Shown one piece after another: positions 39,983-49,950 of a stretch of DNA of 64,000 bases; position 1 is the first letter of the stretch, and every line of letters starts with the position of its first letter. The notes beneath the pieces were generated by a model. The model worked only from the letters and a program-made list of their open reading frames with translations, made no database searches and was not told where the DNA came from. Where the stretch lies: positions 1,152,001-1,216,000 of the forward strand of contig CAVYTA010000006.1 of NCBI GenBank assembly GCA_963771355.1, written 5' to 3'. This DNA is from an uncultured Candidatus Rokubacteria bacterium (lineage in GTDB: Bacteria > Methylomirabilota > Methylomirabilia > Rokubacteriales > CSP1-6). A program made the translations under genes and the position numbers.

Positions 39983-41713
39983 CTAGCCGCGCTCCAGGAT
40001 GTACAGGTGCTGGAACATGTCCACGTAGATGTTGCCGTCCACGACGAACTCGCCCTGCTTGTTCTTCTCGACCCCGCCCACCCAGGGCTTCTTGGCGCCA
40101 TAGCGCACCACCCACGCCACCGGCACGTATCCGACGTCGTCCTGCATGATCTCCTCGGCCTTCTTGTAGTGCTCGAGGCGCTTCTTCGGGTCGCGGGTGT
40201 CGCGCCCGGCCTCGAGCTCCTTGTCGAAGGCATCGTTGACCCAGGCCTGCCGCCTGCCGGTGGTCTTCTTGCCGTAGAAGGTGTCGAAGTACTCGTTGTG
40301 CGGGTCGGGGTAGTCCATGAACCAGCGGATCCACACGAACTGGAGGTCCTGCTTCCAGAGCCGCTCGCGGAACACGCGCGGCTCCAGCACTTCCAGATCG
40401 GTCTTCATGTTGAGGCTGTCCAGCAGCACCGCCTGCACCGCCTCCGCCAGCGGCTTGGAGCCCAGCCCCTCGTCACGCATGCTGAGCGTGATCTTGGGCC
40501 AGTTCTTGCCCCCCTCGAAAGGCGTGCCCTTGAGCTGATCCATGGCGAGCTTCTTGTCGTACTTCTGGATGGCCTTGACCTTGGGGTCGTCGAGCGCGCC
40601 GGGGAAGCCGGGAGGGATCATGGACCACGCCGGAATGGCCAGCCCCTGGCTCACCTTGACGATGTTCTCCCGGTCGATGGCGTGTGCCACCGCCTTGCGC
40701 ACTTTGAGATTGTCGAAGGGGGGCTTGGTCGCCTGCGGGAGCAGGTACCAGGTGCCCGGGAACGGATACTTGAACACGTCCTTGCCCGCACGCGGATCGG
40801 TGCGGAGGCGATTGAGGTCGCCGGCCTGGAGCGCGGTCATGTCCAGCTCGTTGTTCTCGTAAGGGAGCGCGCCCGCGGCGACCGGGATGATGGGGATGAC
40901 CACCCGGGTGAGGTGCACGGTCTTGGCCCCGTAGTAATACGGGTTCTTCCGGAGCACCATCTGCTTGTTGTGCTCCCACGCCTCCAGGGTGAAGGGACCG
41001 TTGGAGACGATATTGCCGGCCTCCGTCCACTTGTCGCCGTGCTTCTCCACCGCCCCGCGATGGGCGGGCAGCGCGGCGAGGTAGGCGGCGAGCACTGGGA
41101 AGTAACCCCGCGGCCCTTCCAGGGTGACCTCGAGGGTCCAGTCGTCCTTGGCCCGCACGCCCACTTCCTTGGGGTCGGTGAGCTGCTTCTTGTTCAACTT
41201 CTCACCGTTCTTGATGTCGTACAGGAAGGAGGCGTAAGGCGCCGCGCTGGCGGGATCGAGCTGCCGCTTCCACGACCACTCGAAGTCGCGCGCGGTCACC
41301 GGCGAGTTGTCCGACCAGCGGGTGTCCTTGCGGATGGAGAACGTCCACACCGATCCGTCCTTGTTGCTCTCGACCTTCGACGCCATCCACGGCACCGCCA
41401 CGAAGTCGGCGTTGAAGACCATGAGCCCGGCGAACAGCGCGGGCACGCCGGAGCAGTAGAGATCCTTGTTGAAGTCGTGGCTGGAGGGTTCGCTCTGGTA
41501 CCAGCCGCCGCCGCCGTAGCGGAAGACCTGCTCCTTGGCCAGCTTCTCGCCGGGCCCGGGCTTGGACGGTGACGACGCCTGGGCGGTGGTGGCGAAGCCG
41601 AGCCCGCCGAAGGCGGCCATGGCGCCAACGACCTTGAGGAAGTCGCGCCGGCCGACGCCGATCGCGGTGACGCGCTCGGCGAAGAGGTCGAGCTGCTCGT
41701 CGGGGATATGCAT
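39983..41713 (-). CDS. Peptide ABC transporter substrate-binding protein (OppA family), Tat-type signal
   Basis: GRRDFLK then hydrophobic stretch; WSDNSPVTARDFEWSW, SNGPF, PFDNLKVRKA. Confidence 0.9.
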   Translation of the reverse strand: MHIPDEQLDLFAERVTAIGVGRRDFLKVVGAMAAFGGLGFATTAQASSPSKPGPGEKLAKEQVFRYGGGGWYQSEPSSHDFNKDLYCSGVPALFAGLMVFNADFVAVPWMASKVESNKDGSVWTFSIRKDTRWSDNSPVTARDFEWSWKRQLDPASAAPYASFLYDIKNGEKLNKKQLTDPKEVGVRAKDDWTLEVTLEGPRGYFPVLAAYLAALPAHRGAVEKHGDKWTEAGNIVSNGPFTLEAWEHNKQMVLRKNPYYYGAKTVHLTRVVIPIIPVAAGALPYENNELDMTALQAGDLNRLRTDPRAGKDVFKYPFPGTWYLLPQATKPPFDNLKVRKAVAHAIDRENIVKVSQGLAIPAWSMIPPGFPGALDDPKVKAIQKYDKKLAMDQLKGTPFEGGKNWPKITLSMRDEGLGSKPLAEAVQAVLLDSLNMKTDLEVLEPRVFRERLWKQDLQFVWIRWFMDYPDPHNEYFDTFYGKKTTGRRQAWVNDAFDKELEAGRDTRDPKKRLEHYKKAEEIMQDDVGYVPVAWVVRYGAKKPWVGGVEKNKQGEFVVDGNIYVDMFQHLYILERG

Positions 41714-41731
41714 GGTGGTGATCCTCCTTGG

Positions 41732-42664
41732 TTACTTCATCTTGGGGTCGAGCGCGTCCCGGACCCCGTCGCCGAAGAACGTGAACGAGAGCATGGTAAC
41801 CGCGATGGCGATGGCCGGGAAGACGCAGAGATGCCAGTACGAGCGCAGGAATTGCTGGTTCTCGCCCACCATCTGCCCCCACGAGGGGGTCGGCGGGTTG
41901 ATGCCCACGCCGATGAAGGACAGGGCCGCCTCGTAGAAGATCGCTTCCGGAATGCCGAAGGTGACGGAGACCACGATGGGGGTGAGCGCGCTGGGCAGGA
42001 CGTGCCGGCTCACCACGCGCCAGAATCCCGCCCCCAGCGCCCTGGCCCCCTCGACGAACTCCTTCTCCTTGATGGACAAGACCTGGGCGCGAGTCTGGCG
42101 GGCGATGCCCACCCAGCCGGTCAGCCCGATGGCGATGAAGATGTTCATGAGGCCGGCGCCCAGCATGGACATCATGAGGATGACGAAGAGGAGGCGCGGG
42201 AAGGCGTACATCACGTCCACGAAGCGGGTGACTAGGAGGTCTACCCGGCCGCCGACGTAGCCGGAGATGAGCCCGATGGGGACGCCGATTACCACCACGA
42301 TGATCTGGGAGCCCAGCCCCACCAGCATGGACACCCGCGCGCCGTAGATGATCCGCGAGAGCTGATCGCGCCCGAGCTGGTCGGTGCCGAGGGGGAACTC
42401 GCGCGAGGGGAAGTCGTTGAGCCGCCCGAAGTTCGGCTTGGTATAGGAGAACGGGGCGAGGAAGTCGGCGAAGATCGCGATGAGGCAGAGGAGGACGACG
42501 GTGACGCCCCCCACCACCGCGAGCTTGTTGCGCAGAAGCCGCCGCCAGGCGTCGCGGTAGAGGCTCGTCCCGCGCATCGCCGCCGCCGCGGGCAGCGCCC
42601 CCGCCGGCGCAGCACCGCCCGGGGTGGGCAGCCTAGTATCGGATGCGGGGGTCGAGAGCGCCAT
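41732..42664 (-). CDS. Peptide ABC transporter permease (OppC-like)
   Basis: LGTDQLGRD, EFVEGARALGA, EAALSFIG, GDGVRDALDPK. Confidence 0.92.
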   Translation of the reverse strand: MALSTPASDTRLPTPGGAAPAGALPAAAAMRGTSLYRDAWRRLLRNKLAVVGGVTVVLLCLIAIFADFLAPFSYTKPNFGRLNDFPSREFPLGTDQLGRDQLSRIIYGARVSMLVGLGSQIIVVVIGVPIGLISGYVGGRVDLLVTRFVDVMYAFPRLLFVILMMSMLGAGLMNIFIAIGLTGWVGIARQTRAQVLSIKEKEFVEGARALGAGFWRVVSRHVLPSALTPIVVSVTFGIPEAIFYEAALSFIGVGINPPTPSWGQMVGENQQFLRSYWHLCVFPAIAIAVTMLSFTFFGDGVRDALDPKMK

Positions 42665-43562
42665 AGAGGAGGTCCACCACCAGGTTCATCATGGCGAGGA
42701 AGGCCCCGTAGATGAGCACCACCGCCATGATCATCGGATAGTCCCGCCCCGTCATCGAGAGCACGAAGAAGCGGCCCATCCCGGGGACGCGAAAGATCGA
42801 CTCCACGAAGAAGGACCCCGTCCCCACCGCCGCGAACATCGGGCCCAGCAGCGTGACCACCGGGATCAGCGCGTTCTTGAGCACGTGGCGCAGGATCACC
42901 GGCCGCTCCGCGAGGCCCTTGGCGCGCGCGGTGCGGACGTAGTCCGAGCGGATCACCTCGATCATGCTCGAGCGCGTGAAGCGGGCGATGATGCCCATGG
43001 GCGCGAGCGCGAGGGTAATGGTGGGGAGCACCCACTGGCTCGGGCTCCCCCAGCCGCCGGTGGGGAAGAGCGGGATCACGAAGGAGAAGAGGATGATGAA
43101 GAAGACCGCGAGGACGAAGTTGGGCACGGCCACGCCGAGGGTGGCCACGCTCACCGAGACGTAGTCCCACGACTTGTTCTGGTACACCGCCGCGAGCACG
43201 CCCAGGGTGACGCCCCCGACGACGGCGAGCACGAGCGCCATGCTCCCCAGGAAGAGCGAGGTGGGAAAGGTCTCCCGCATGATCTCCATGACGGTGCGAG
43301 TCTTGTAGATGAAGGACTGCCCGAAGTCACCCCGCACCGCCTTGCCGAGGAAGATGCCGAACTGGTACCAGAGCGGCTTGTCGAGCCCGTAGGCCTCGGC
43401 GAGATTTTTCTGCGCCTCCGGGGAGAGCGGGTTGGCCCCCTCCGCGACGGGGTCGAGGGGGCTTCCGGGGGTGGCGTGCATCACGAGGAACGTGATCACC
43501 GCCATGGCGAGGATCGTCGGGACCAGCCATACGAGCCGATACAGGATGTAACGGGCCACCAA
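42633..43562 (-). CDS. Peptide ABC transporter permease (OppB-like)
   Basis: YGLDKP, GDFGQS, DYVRTARAKGL, RDYP, LDPRI. Confidence 0.92.
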   Translation of the reverse strand: MVARYILYRLVWLVPTILAMAVITFLVMHATPGSPLDPVAEGANPLSPEAQKNLAEAYGLDKPLWYQFGIFLGKAVRGDFGQSFIYKTRTVMEIMRETFPTSLFLGSMALVLAVVGGVTLGVLAAVYQNKSWDYVSVSVATLGVAVPNFVLAVFFIILFSFVIPLFPTGGWGSPSQWVLPTITLALAPMGIIARFTRSSMIEVIRSDYVRTARAKGLAERPVILRHVLKNALIPVVTLLGPMFAAVGTGSFFVESIFRVPGMGRFFVLSMTGRDYPMIMAVVLIYGAFLAMMNLVVDLLYGALDPRIRY

Positions 43563-43711
43563 CCCCCCCGGAGTGCCGCGGACCGGCCTTGGCGCGCTGG
43601 AAAATCAGGTGTGGCAAATATCGGCCCCCCCTCGTGAGAAGTCAAGCAAAACGTGCGTCTGGGGCCCATTCGAGCCGGTCCAGGATCGCGGCAGTGCTAT
43701 CCTCGGGTCGC

Positions 43712-45571
43712 ATGGCCACCGTGGGCCTCACCGTGCTTCCCGACGCGCGAACCCTCCAGGTCGAGCCGGGCACTACCATCCTCCGCGCCGCCCATGCGGC
43801 GGGAGTGGACATCACCGCCACCTGCGGTGGCCGCGGGCGCTGCACCTCCTGCCGGGTGAAGTTCACCGCCGGCACCGTGCCTCCGCCCACGGTGATGGAC
43901 GAGCTCCAGCTCGGCGACGCCCTCGTGCGCGAGGGCTATCGCCTCTCGTGTCAGTGCCGCGTGCTCGAGCCGATCACGGTGCAGGTGGCGCCCCCGCTCG
44001 ACGAGCGGAGCTTCCAGATCCTCGGCGCGCAGCCGGCGGCGGCCGCGCTGGAGCGCGTGACCATCGACGCGGGCATCCGGAAGGACCTGGTCCACGTGGA
44101 GCTACCCAAGGAGGAGCACCACCAGACCTCCGACCTCGAGGAGCTGCTCCGCGCCGTCGGGCGGCGCGAGGAGGACATTGCCCCGGAAGTGGTCCGCACC
44201 CTGCCCCACGCGCTGCGCGAGCACGCGGGCGAGGTCACCGTCACCAGCTGGGGGCGCCGCATCCTGGCGGTGGACGCGGGCGACACCGCGCTCCTCAAGT
44301 TCGGCCTCGCCATCGACATCGGCACCACCAGCGTGGTCTCGTCCCTGATGGAGCTCGAGTCCGGCGAGCAGCTGGCCTCGGTGTCGAGCCTCAATCCCCA
44401 GGCGGTGTTCGGCGCCGACCTCATGTCGCGCATCGCCTTCGCCCAGTTCAACCCCGGCAATCTCCGCAAGCTCCACACCCGTATCGTGGGGCTGCTCAAT
44501 CAGCACGTGGAGCAGCTCTGCACCGAGTCCGGCGTGCTCGCGAAGTGGATCTACAAGGTCGTGGTGGTGGGCAATACCTGCATGCACCACATCCTGCTCG
44601 GCATCGATCCCTCTCATGTCGGGCTCGCGCCCTACGCGCCCGTGCTCCGGCATCCCCTCGAGCTCGCCGCACGCGAGCTCTTCCTCAAGGTGAATCCGGA
44701 GGCGCGGGTGTGTCTCCTCCCCATCGTAGCCGGCTTCGTGGGCGCCGACGCGGTGGCGGTGGCGCTGGCCACCCGCATCGGCGAGACCCCGGAGCAGCGG
44801 ATCGCGGTGGACATCGGCACCAACGGGGAGGTGCTGCTGGGCTCGCGGGACCGGCTCTGGGCCTGCTCCGCGCCCGCGGGCCCCGCGCTCGAGGGCGCCC
44901 AGCTGCGCTGCGGGATGCGCGCGGCGCTGGGCGCCATCGACCGCGTCTGGCTCGCCGAGGGCGACCTGCGCGTGCACACGCTGGGGGACGCGGCGGCGCA
45001 GGGCATCTGCGGCTCGGGTGTCGTGGACGCGGTGGCCACCCTCCTCGACGCGGGCGTGCTCGACTGGACGGGGCTCATCGACGTGGACGCCCGCTCCCGT
45101 TTGCCCGCCGCGCTGGCCGCGCGCGTGCAGATGCGCGGCGAGGAGCGCCTGGTGATCCTCGCGCGTCCGGGCGAGGCGGGCGCGGAGCGGGAGATCGTGC
45201 TCACCCAGGACGACGTGCGTCAGGTTCAGCTCTGCAAGGGCGCCATCGCCTCCGGGGCCGCCCTCCTGCAGAAGGTGGCCGGGCTCCGCGACGAGGACGT
45301 GACGGAGCTGATGCTGGCGGGCGGCTTCGGCAACTATCTCTCCGTGCGCAGCGCGCTCCGCATCGGCCTCATTCCCGCCCTACCGGAGAGGAAGATTCGC
45401 TATGTCGGCAACGCAGCGGCGCTGGGCGCCCAGCTCGCTCTCATGTCCGAGCCCGAGCGCGCGCGCGCGGCCGCACTGGCCCGGCGCATCGAGCATGTCT
45501 CGCTGGCCGCCCATCCCGACTTCCAGGACATCTTCGTGGACTGCATGAACTTTCCGCTCCGATCCCCGTGA
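43712..45571 (+). CDS. Corrinoid reductive activator (RACo/RACE type): 2Fe-2S domain plus ASKHA ATPase
   Basis: CGGRGRCTSC..RLSCQ, AIDIGTT, NPQ..FGADLMSRI, FVGAD, DIGTNGE, AGPALEG, GICGSG, LAGGFG, VGNAA. Confidence 0.9.
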   Translation: MATVGLTVLPDARTLQVEPGTTILRAAHAAGVDITATCGGRGRCTSCRVKFTAGTVPPPTVMDELQLGDALVREGYRLSCQCRVLEPITVQVAPPLDERSFQILGAQPAAAALERVTIDAGIRKDLVHVELPKEEHHQTSDLEELLRAVGRREEDIAPEVVRTLPHALREHAGEVTVTSWGRRILAVDAGDTALLKFGLAIDIGTTSVVSSLMELESGEQLASVSSLNPQAVFGADLMSRIAFAQFNPGNLRKLHTRIVGLLNQHVEQLCTESGVLAKWIYKVVVVGNTCMHHILLGIDPSHVGLAPYAPVLRHPLELAARELFLKVNPEARVCLLPIVAGFVGADAVAVALATRIGETPEQRIAVDIGTNGEVLLGSRDRLWACSAPAGPALEGAQLRCGMRAALGAIDRVWLAEGDLRVHTLGDAAAQGICGSGVVDAVATLLDAGVLDWTGLIDVDARSRLPAALAARVQMRGEERLVILARPGEAGAEREIVLTQDDVRQVQLCKGAIASGAALLQKVAGLRDEDVTELMLAGGFGNYLSVRSALRIGLIPALPERKIRYVGNAAALGAQLALMSEPERARAAALARRIEHVSLAAHPDFQDIFVDCMNFPLRSP

Positions 45572-45614
45572 AAAACAAGGTCCTGAAGCTCCCCGCGGCC
45601 TTGCCGGCGTCCCG

Positions 45615-46472
45615 GTGGGCGGAGTCGAGACCGAGATCGACGCGCGCTGGCCCATGGCCTATGCGGCGGGCCTCGGCGACACCGACTCCGCGTATCTCGA
45701 TACCCTGCGGCCGGGCGGCATCGTGGCGCACCCGTTGTTCCCGGTGTGCTACGAGTGGCCGCTGGCGGTGGAGAGCCGCGCCCGGCAGCTGGGCGAGGAG
45801 ATCGCGCTGCGCGGCGTGCACGCCACGCACGACCTCGTCCTCCACCGTCGCGTGCGCCCGGGGGACCGGCTCCGCACCACCGCCGCGGTGGTGGCGGTGA
45901 CCCCGCGCCGCGCCGGCGCCTATGTCCTCACCCGCTACACGACGGTGGATGCCGACGGCGCACCGGTGAGCGTCACCGACTACGGCAGCGTCTACCTCGG
46001 CGTGGCCTGCGATCCCGAGGGCGCGCTCCCTCCCGTGCCCACTGCCTCCGGAGGCGAGTCGGAGCGCGCGGCCACGTGGACCGCCGAGGTCCCCATTGCC
46101 GCGACCCTCGCCCACGTGTACACGGAGTGCGCGCGGATCTGGAATCCCATCCACACGGACCCGGAGATGGCCAGGCGCGCGGGGCTGTCCGCCATTCTCC
46201 TGCACGGCACCGCCACGCTCGCGCTCAGCGTCTCCGCCGCGCTCGCGCGGGAGCCCCGCGGCGCCGAGACGCCGGTGGCCCGGGTCGTGTGCCGGTTCAC
46301 CGGCATGGTGAGCCTGCCCTCTCGCCTCACCGTGACCGGCCGGTCCGCGCATGCCGGCGACGGCTCCGTGACCGTCGGCTTTCGTGCCACCACGCCCGAC
46401 GGCCGCGCGGCGCTCAGTGATGGGTGGCTTGCCGTCGGTCCCTCCGATCCGATCCCGAGGAGCCCGCGATGA
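45615..46472 (+). CDS. MaoC-like double hotdog dehydratase
   Basis: YAAGLGD, AHPLF, NPIHTDPEMA..GL..ILHG. Confidence 0.85.
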   Translation: MGGVETEIDARWPMAYAAGLGDTDSAYLDTLRPGGIVAHPLFPVCYEWPLAVESRARQLGEEIALRGVHATHDLVLHRRVRPGDRLRTTAAVVAVTPRRAGAYVLTRYTTVDADGAPVSVTDYGSVYLGVACDPEGALPPVPTASGGESERAATWTAEVPIAATLAHVYTECARIWNPIHTDPEMARRAGLSAILLHGTATLALSVSAALAREPRGAETPVARVVCRFTGMVSLPSRLTVTGRSAHAGDGSVTVGFRATTPDGRAALSDGWLAVGPSDPIPRSPR

Positions 46473-47479
46473 CCAAGCTCGAGCGCGTGCAGGCCGCCAT
46501 CCGGCGCCAGCCCACCGACCGGACGCCCTATGCCTTCTGGCGGCACTTCCCCGACGTGGACCGCAATGCGGCCGCGCTGGCCCAGTCCACCCTGCGCTTC
46601 CACGAGCGCTACGACTCCGACTTCCTCAAGGTGACGCCCCACGGCGGCTACGCGGTGGAGGACTGGGGATGCGTGGAAGGGAGCGAAGTCCGGCCCGATG
46701 GCCATCGCCCCTGCGCGCGCCACGGCGTGAACGCGCCGGAAGACTGGAAACGCGTGCGCCCGGTGAAGATGGAGTCGACGGGCTGGGCCACCCACCTGGA
46801 GACCATCATCCGTACCGTGGTGGACAAGCGGGCCGATTGCTCCACGGTGCCCACCGTCTTCAGCCCGCTCTCGCTCGCGCGGAAGCTGGCAGGTGATCGG
46901 CTCGCCTACGATCTCAAGGAAAACCCCCAGGCGGTCACCGATGCGCTCACCGCCATCACCGAGACCATCCTCGCCTTCATGGAGGCGTGCTTCCGGGAGG
47001 GCTGCGAGGGCATCTTCTACTCCGTCCAGGCGGCGAGCGCCACCTTCCACACCGAGGAGGAGTACCGGCGCTTCGGCGAGCCCTACGACCGCCGCATTCT
47101 CGAGGCGGTGCGGCCGAAGTCCAAGCTCACCATTCTCCACTGCCACGGCGAGCGGCTCATGTTCGATCGGCTCGCCGTCCTGCCCGCGGACGTGTGGAAC
47201 TGGGATGATCGCCGCGCGGGCCCCACGCTGGCGGCGGGACAGGCCACGGTTTCGGGCGCCGTGTGCGGTGGGCTCGACCAGGGGGGCACGCTCAAGGACG
47301 GGACGGCCGAGCAAGCGAAGGCGGAGGCGCAGGACGCCATCGCGCAAGCCGGAGGACGCGGCCTCATCCTGGGCGCCGGCTGCGTGATCCTGCCCGAAAC
47401 ACCGGATGCCACCATGATCAAGCTCATCACGTCGGTCGGCGGGCGGCCCCGGCTCGGTCTCTTCCGGCCGCAGCTCTGA
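46469..47479 (+). CDS. Uroporphyrinogen decarboxylase / methylcobamide methyltransferase superfamily protein
   Basis: DRTPYAFWRHF, TVFSP, ILHCHG, GGLDQ, ILGAGC; GAGGAG SD. Confidence 0.85.
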   Translation: MTKLERVQAAIRRQPTDRTPYAFWRHFPDVDRNAAALAQSTLRFHERYDSDFLKVTPHGGYAVEDWGCVEGSEVRPDGHRPCARHGVNAPEDWKRVRPVKMESTGWATHLETIIRTVVDKRADCSTVPTVFSPLSLARKLAGDRLAYDLKENPQAVTDALTAITETILAFMEACFREGCEGIFYSVQAASATFHTEEEYRRFGEPYDRRILEAVRPKSKLTILHCHGERLMFDRLAVLPADVWNWDDRRAGPTLAAGQATVSGAVCGGLDQGGTLKDGTAEQAKAEAQDAIAQAGGRGLILGAGCVILPETPDATMIKLITSVGGRPRLGLFRPQL

Positions 47480-47480
47480 G

Positions 47481-48080
47481 ATGGGCGCGAGTCGCTGGCT
47501 CCGCTGGGTCTTGCTCGGCGTCGTGCTGGCCGGCGCCGCGGGGGCGGTGCAATTCTTCACCCGCACCGCGCCGGTGCCGGCCGCCGACGCCCCACCCATC
47601 CTCTCCGCCTACCGCTCCTTCGACGGCGCCAACAAGCTCCAGCGACTGTCCCGTCATGCGGGGGTGGACTTCGGCGCGGCCGCAGGCACGCCGGTGATCG
47701 CGGCCGCCGAGGGGCGCGTGGTCCAGCTCATCGACTACGGGCCCGGCTGCGGGCTCGGCGTCATCCTCGAGCATCCGGAGTTCAAGCGCTACACCGCCTA
47801 CTGCCACCTGCAGGCGGTGCTGGCGCGAATCGGCGAGGAGGTGCCGCGGGGGCGCATCATCGGGCGCGTCGGCACGAGCAGCAATGCCGTGGGCGTGCCC
47901 CACCTCCACTTCGAGCTGTGCACCAGCGCGTGCAGCTCCCACGCCGACGGCGATCTCTGGGGCACCGCGGACCCGATGAAGTTCGCGGCCGGCTGCTTCG
48001 ACCCGCAGCGGAGCTATCCCATCGGCCGGCTCGCCCTCACCTACCCCATCCCCTGCGGCGGCCTCTACCGTGAGCTCTGA
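47481..48080 (+). CDS. M23 family metallopeptidase
   Basis: HAGVD (HxxxD), TAYCHL, PHLHFE; N-terminal TM/signal. Confidence 0.88.
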   Translation: MGASRWLRWVLLGVVLAGAAGAVQFFTRTAPVPAADAPPILSAYRSFDGANKLQRLSRHAGVDFGAAAGTPVIAAAEGRVVQLIDYGPGCGLGVILEHPEFKRYTAYCHLQAVLARIGEEVPRGRIIGRVGTSSNAVGVPHLHFELCTSACSSHADGDLWGTADPMKFAAGCFDPQRSYPIGRLALTYPIPCGGLYREL

Positions 48081-48837
48081 TCGAACGGCCGCCCGTCGCA
48101 CGCTCGCGGCCCTGCTCGCGCTGGCGCTCGTGGCGGGCGGCTGCGGCCCGGGCGCCCAGCCCCTCATCGCCGCCGCCGCCAAGGGCGATAACGCGAGCGT
48201 GCGGGAGCTGCTCGGCCGCGGCGCCAAGCCGGGCCGCGCGGGCGCGGAGGGCCTCACGCCGCTCATGGCGGCAGCGCAGGGCGGGCACACGGAGACCGTG
48301 CGGAGCCTGCTGGACGCGGGCGCCGACGTGAACGCGCGACGCGGCGGCAGCGGCAAGGGTCGCACGGCGCTGATCGACGCCGCCGCGGCCGGACACGTCG
48401 AGATCGTCCGGCTGCTCCTCGCCAAGGGCGCCGATCCCAACGCCCGGGCCGAGGGCGAGACCACCGCGCTCATGGGGGCGGCGCTGGGCGGCCATACCCC
48501 CGTGGTGGATCTCCTTCTCGAGCGGAAGGCCGATCCGAGCGCGCGTGCCGCCGACGGGCAGACGCCGCTGCACCAGGCCGCCCGGGGCGGGCACGGCGGC
48601 ATCGCGGAGCGGCTGCTCAAGCGCGGAGCGCCGGTCAACGCCGCCGATGCTGCGGGCCTCACGCCTCTCATGCTCGCCGCCACCGGGGGCCACGCGGAGG
48701 CGGTGACGCTGCTCCTCGCCTGGGGCGCCGACGTGAACTTGAAGGCGGGATCCGGCGCCACCGCGCTCAATGCCGCCCAGCGCGGCGGCCACGCCGGCGT
48801 CGAGGAGCTGCTCCGGGCGGTGGGCGCGAGGGAGTAG
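48070..48837 (+). CDS. Ankyrin-repeat protein, probable lipoprotein
   Basis: About 7 repeats of G.T(P/A)L..AA..GH...V..LL..GA; lipobox-like AGGC. Confidence 0.9.
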   Translation: MSSDRTAARRTLAALLALALVAGGCGPGAQPLIAAAAKGDNASVRELLGRGAKPGRAGAEGLTPLMAAAQGGHTETVRSLLDAGADVNARRGGSGKGRTALIDAAAAGHVEIVRLLLAKGADPNARAEGETTALMGAALGGHTPVVDLLLERKADPSARAADGQTPLHQAARGGHGGIAERLLKRGAPVNAADAAGLTPLMLAATGGHAEAVTLLLAWGADVNLKAGSGATALNAAQRGGHAGVEELLRAVGARE

Positions 48838-48844
48838 CGGGAAG

Positions 48845-49924
48845 CTACTTCGCGACGTTGAAGCGGAAGTGGCAGATCTCCCCGTCCTGGACGACGTACT
48901 CCTTGCCTTCCAGGCGGAACTGCCCGCGCTCGCGCACGGTGGCCATGGAGCCCTCGGCGGCGATCAGCTCGTCGTAGCCCACCACCTCGGCGCGGATGAA
49001 GCCGCGCGCGATGTCCGAGTGGATGGCGCCCGCCGCGTCCTGGGCGCGGGTGCCTCGCGGCACCGGCCACGCCCGCACCTCGTCCTCGCCCACGGTGAAG
49101 AACGAGAGCAGTCCCAGCAGCGCGTAGCAATCGGTGAGCACCCGGCGGATGGCCGGCTCGGCGAGGCCGAGGTCGGCGAGGAAGGCCGCCTGTTCCTCGC
49201 CCGCGAGCTGCGCGACTTCGGTCTCGATCACCGCCGAGACCCATCCGAAGCGCGTGCCCGGCCGCCCGGCGAGGGCGCCGAGCCCGAAGCTCTCGACCAG
49301 AGTGGTCCCCCGCGCGATCTCTTTCTCGTCCAGGTTCAGGCAGTGGAGGATGGGCTTCTGCGAGAGGAAGGTGAAGCCGCGGATGAGCCGCGCCTCCTCC
49401 TCGGTGAAGGACACCGCGCGCAGCGGCGTCTCCGACTCGAGCTCGGGCTTGAGGCGCTGGAGCACCGCCTGCTCCTTCTGCTCCAGCGGATTGGGCTTCT
49501 TCTTCAGCGATGCCTCCAGCCGCTCCAGCCGCCGCTCCACCACCTCGAGGTCGGCGAGGATGAGCTCCGTCTCCAGATCGACCACGTCGGCCCGCGGGGT
49601 GGCGGGCCCGCCGTCGGCGCCGGGAAAGGCCCGCACCACGTGCAGCAGCGCGTCCGCGCTCCGGAACTCCTTGGCGTCGAAGGCGGCGCGCTCGCCCTTG
49701 GTGATGCCGGCGAGGTCCACCACCTCGAACGAGGCGGTGGTGGTCTTCTTCGGCGTGAAGAGCGACGTGAGCCGGTCCACGCGCGCGTCGGGCACCCGCG
49801 CCACCCCCACGTGCATCTCGCCGCGAGTGGCGCCGAACGACGACGTGGCCACGCTCTGCCCGGTGAGGAGGTTGAACAGCGTCGTCTTTCCGCTCTTGGG
49901 AAGCCCGAGGAGCCCGATCTTCAT
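48845..49924 (-). CDS. ychF: YchF/Ola1 family ATPase
   Basis: GLPKSGKTT, DLAG, SFFTVGEDEVRAW, AGAIHSDIARGFIRAE, EGKEYVVQDG. Confidence 0.92.
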   Translation of the reverse strand: MKIGLLGLPKSGKTTLFNLLTGQSVATSSFGATRGEMHVGVARVPDARVDRLTSLFTPKKTTTASFEVVDLAGITKGERAAFDAKEFRSADALLHVVRAFPGADGGPATPRADVVDLETELILADLEVVERRLERLEASLKKKPNPLEQKEQAVLQRLKPELESETPLRAVSFTEEEARLIRGFTFLSQKPILHCLNLDEKEIARGTTLVESFGLGALAGRPGTRFGWVSAVIETEVAQLAGEEQAAFLADLGLAEPAIRRVLTDCYALLGLLSFFTVGEDEVRAWPVPRGTRAQDAAGAIHSDIARGFIRAEVVGYDELIAAEGSMATVRERGQFRLEGKEYVVQDGEICHFRFNVAK

Positions 49925-49932
49925 GCGGTCTC

Positions 49933-49942
49933 ATGCTACCAT
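49933..49942. promoter_or_regulatory. Bidirectional overlapping extended -10 element
   Basis: ATGCTACCAT reads TG-C-TACCAT on plus and TG-G-TAGCAT on minus, each 8 nt before a start codon. Confidence 0.6.
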
Positions 49943-49950
49943 GGCCGCCG

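Noticed and set aside
46469..47479. Calling the UroD-family gene hemE
   Set aside because: Lacks the W.MRQAGRY signature (has FWRHF) and sits beside a corrinoid activator.
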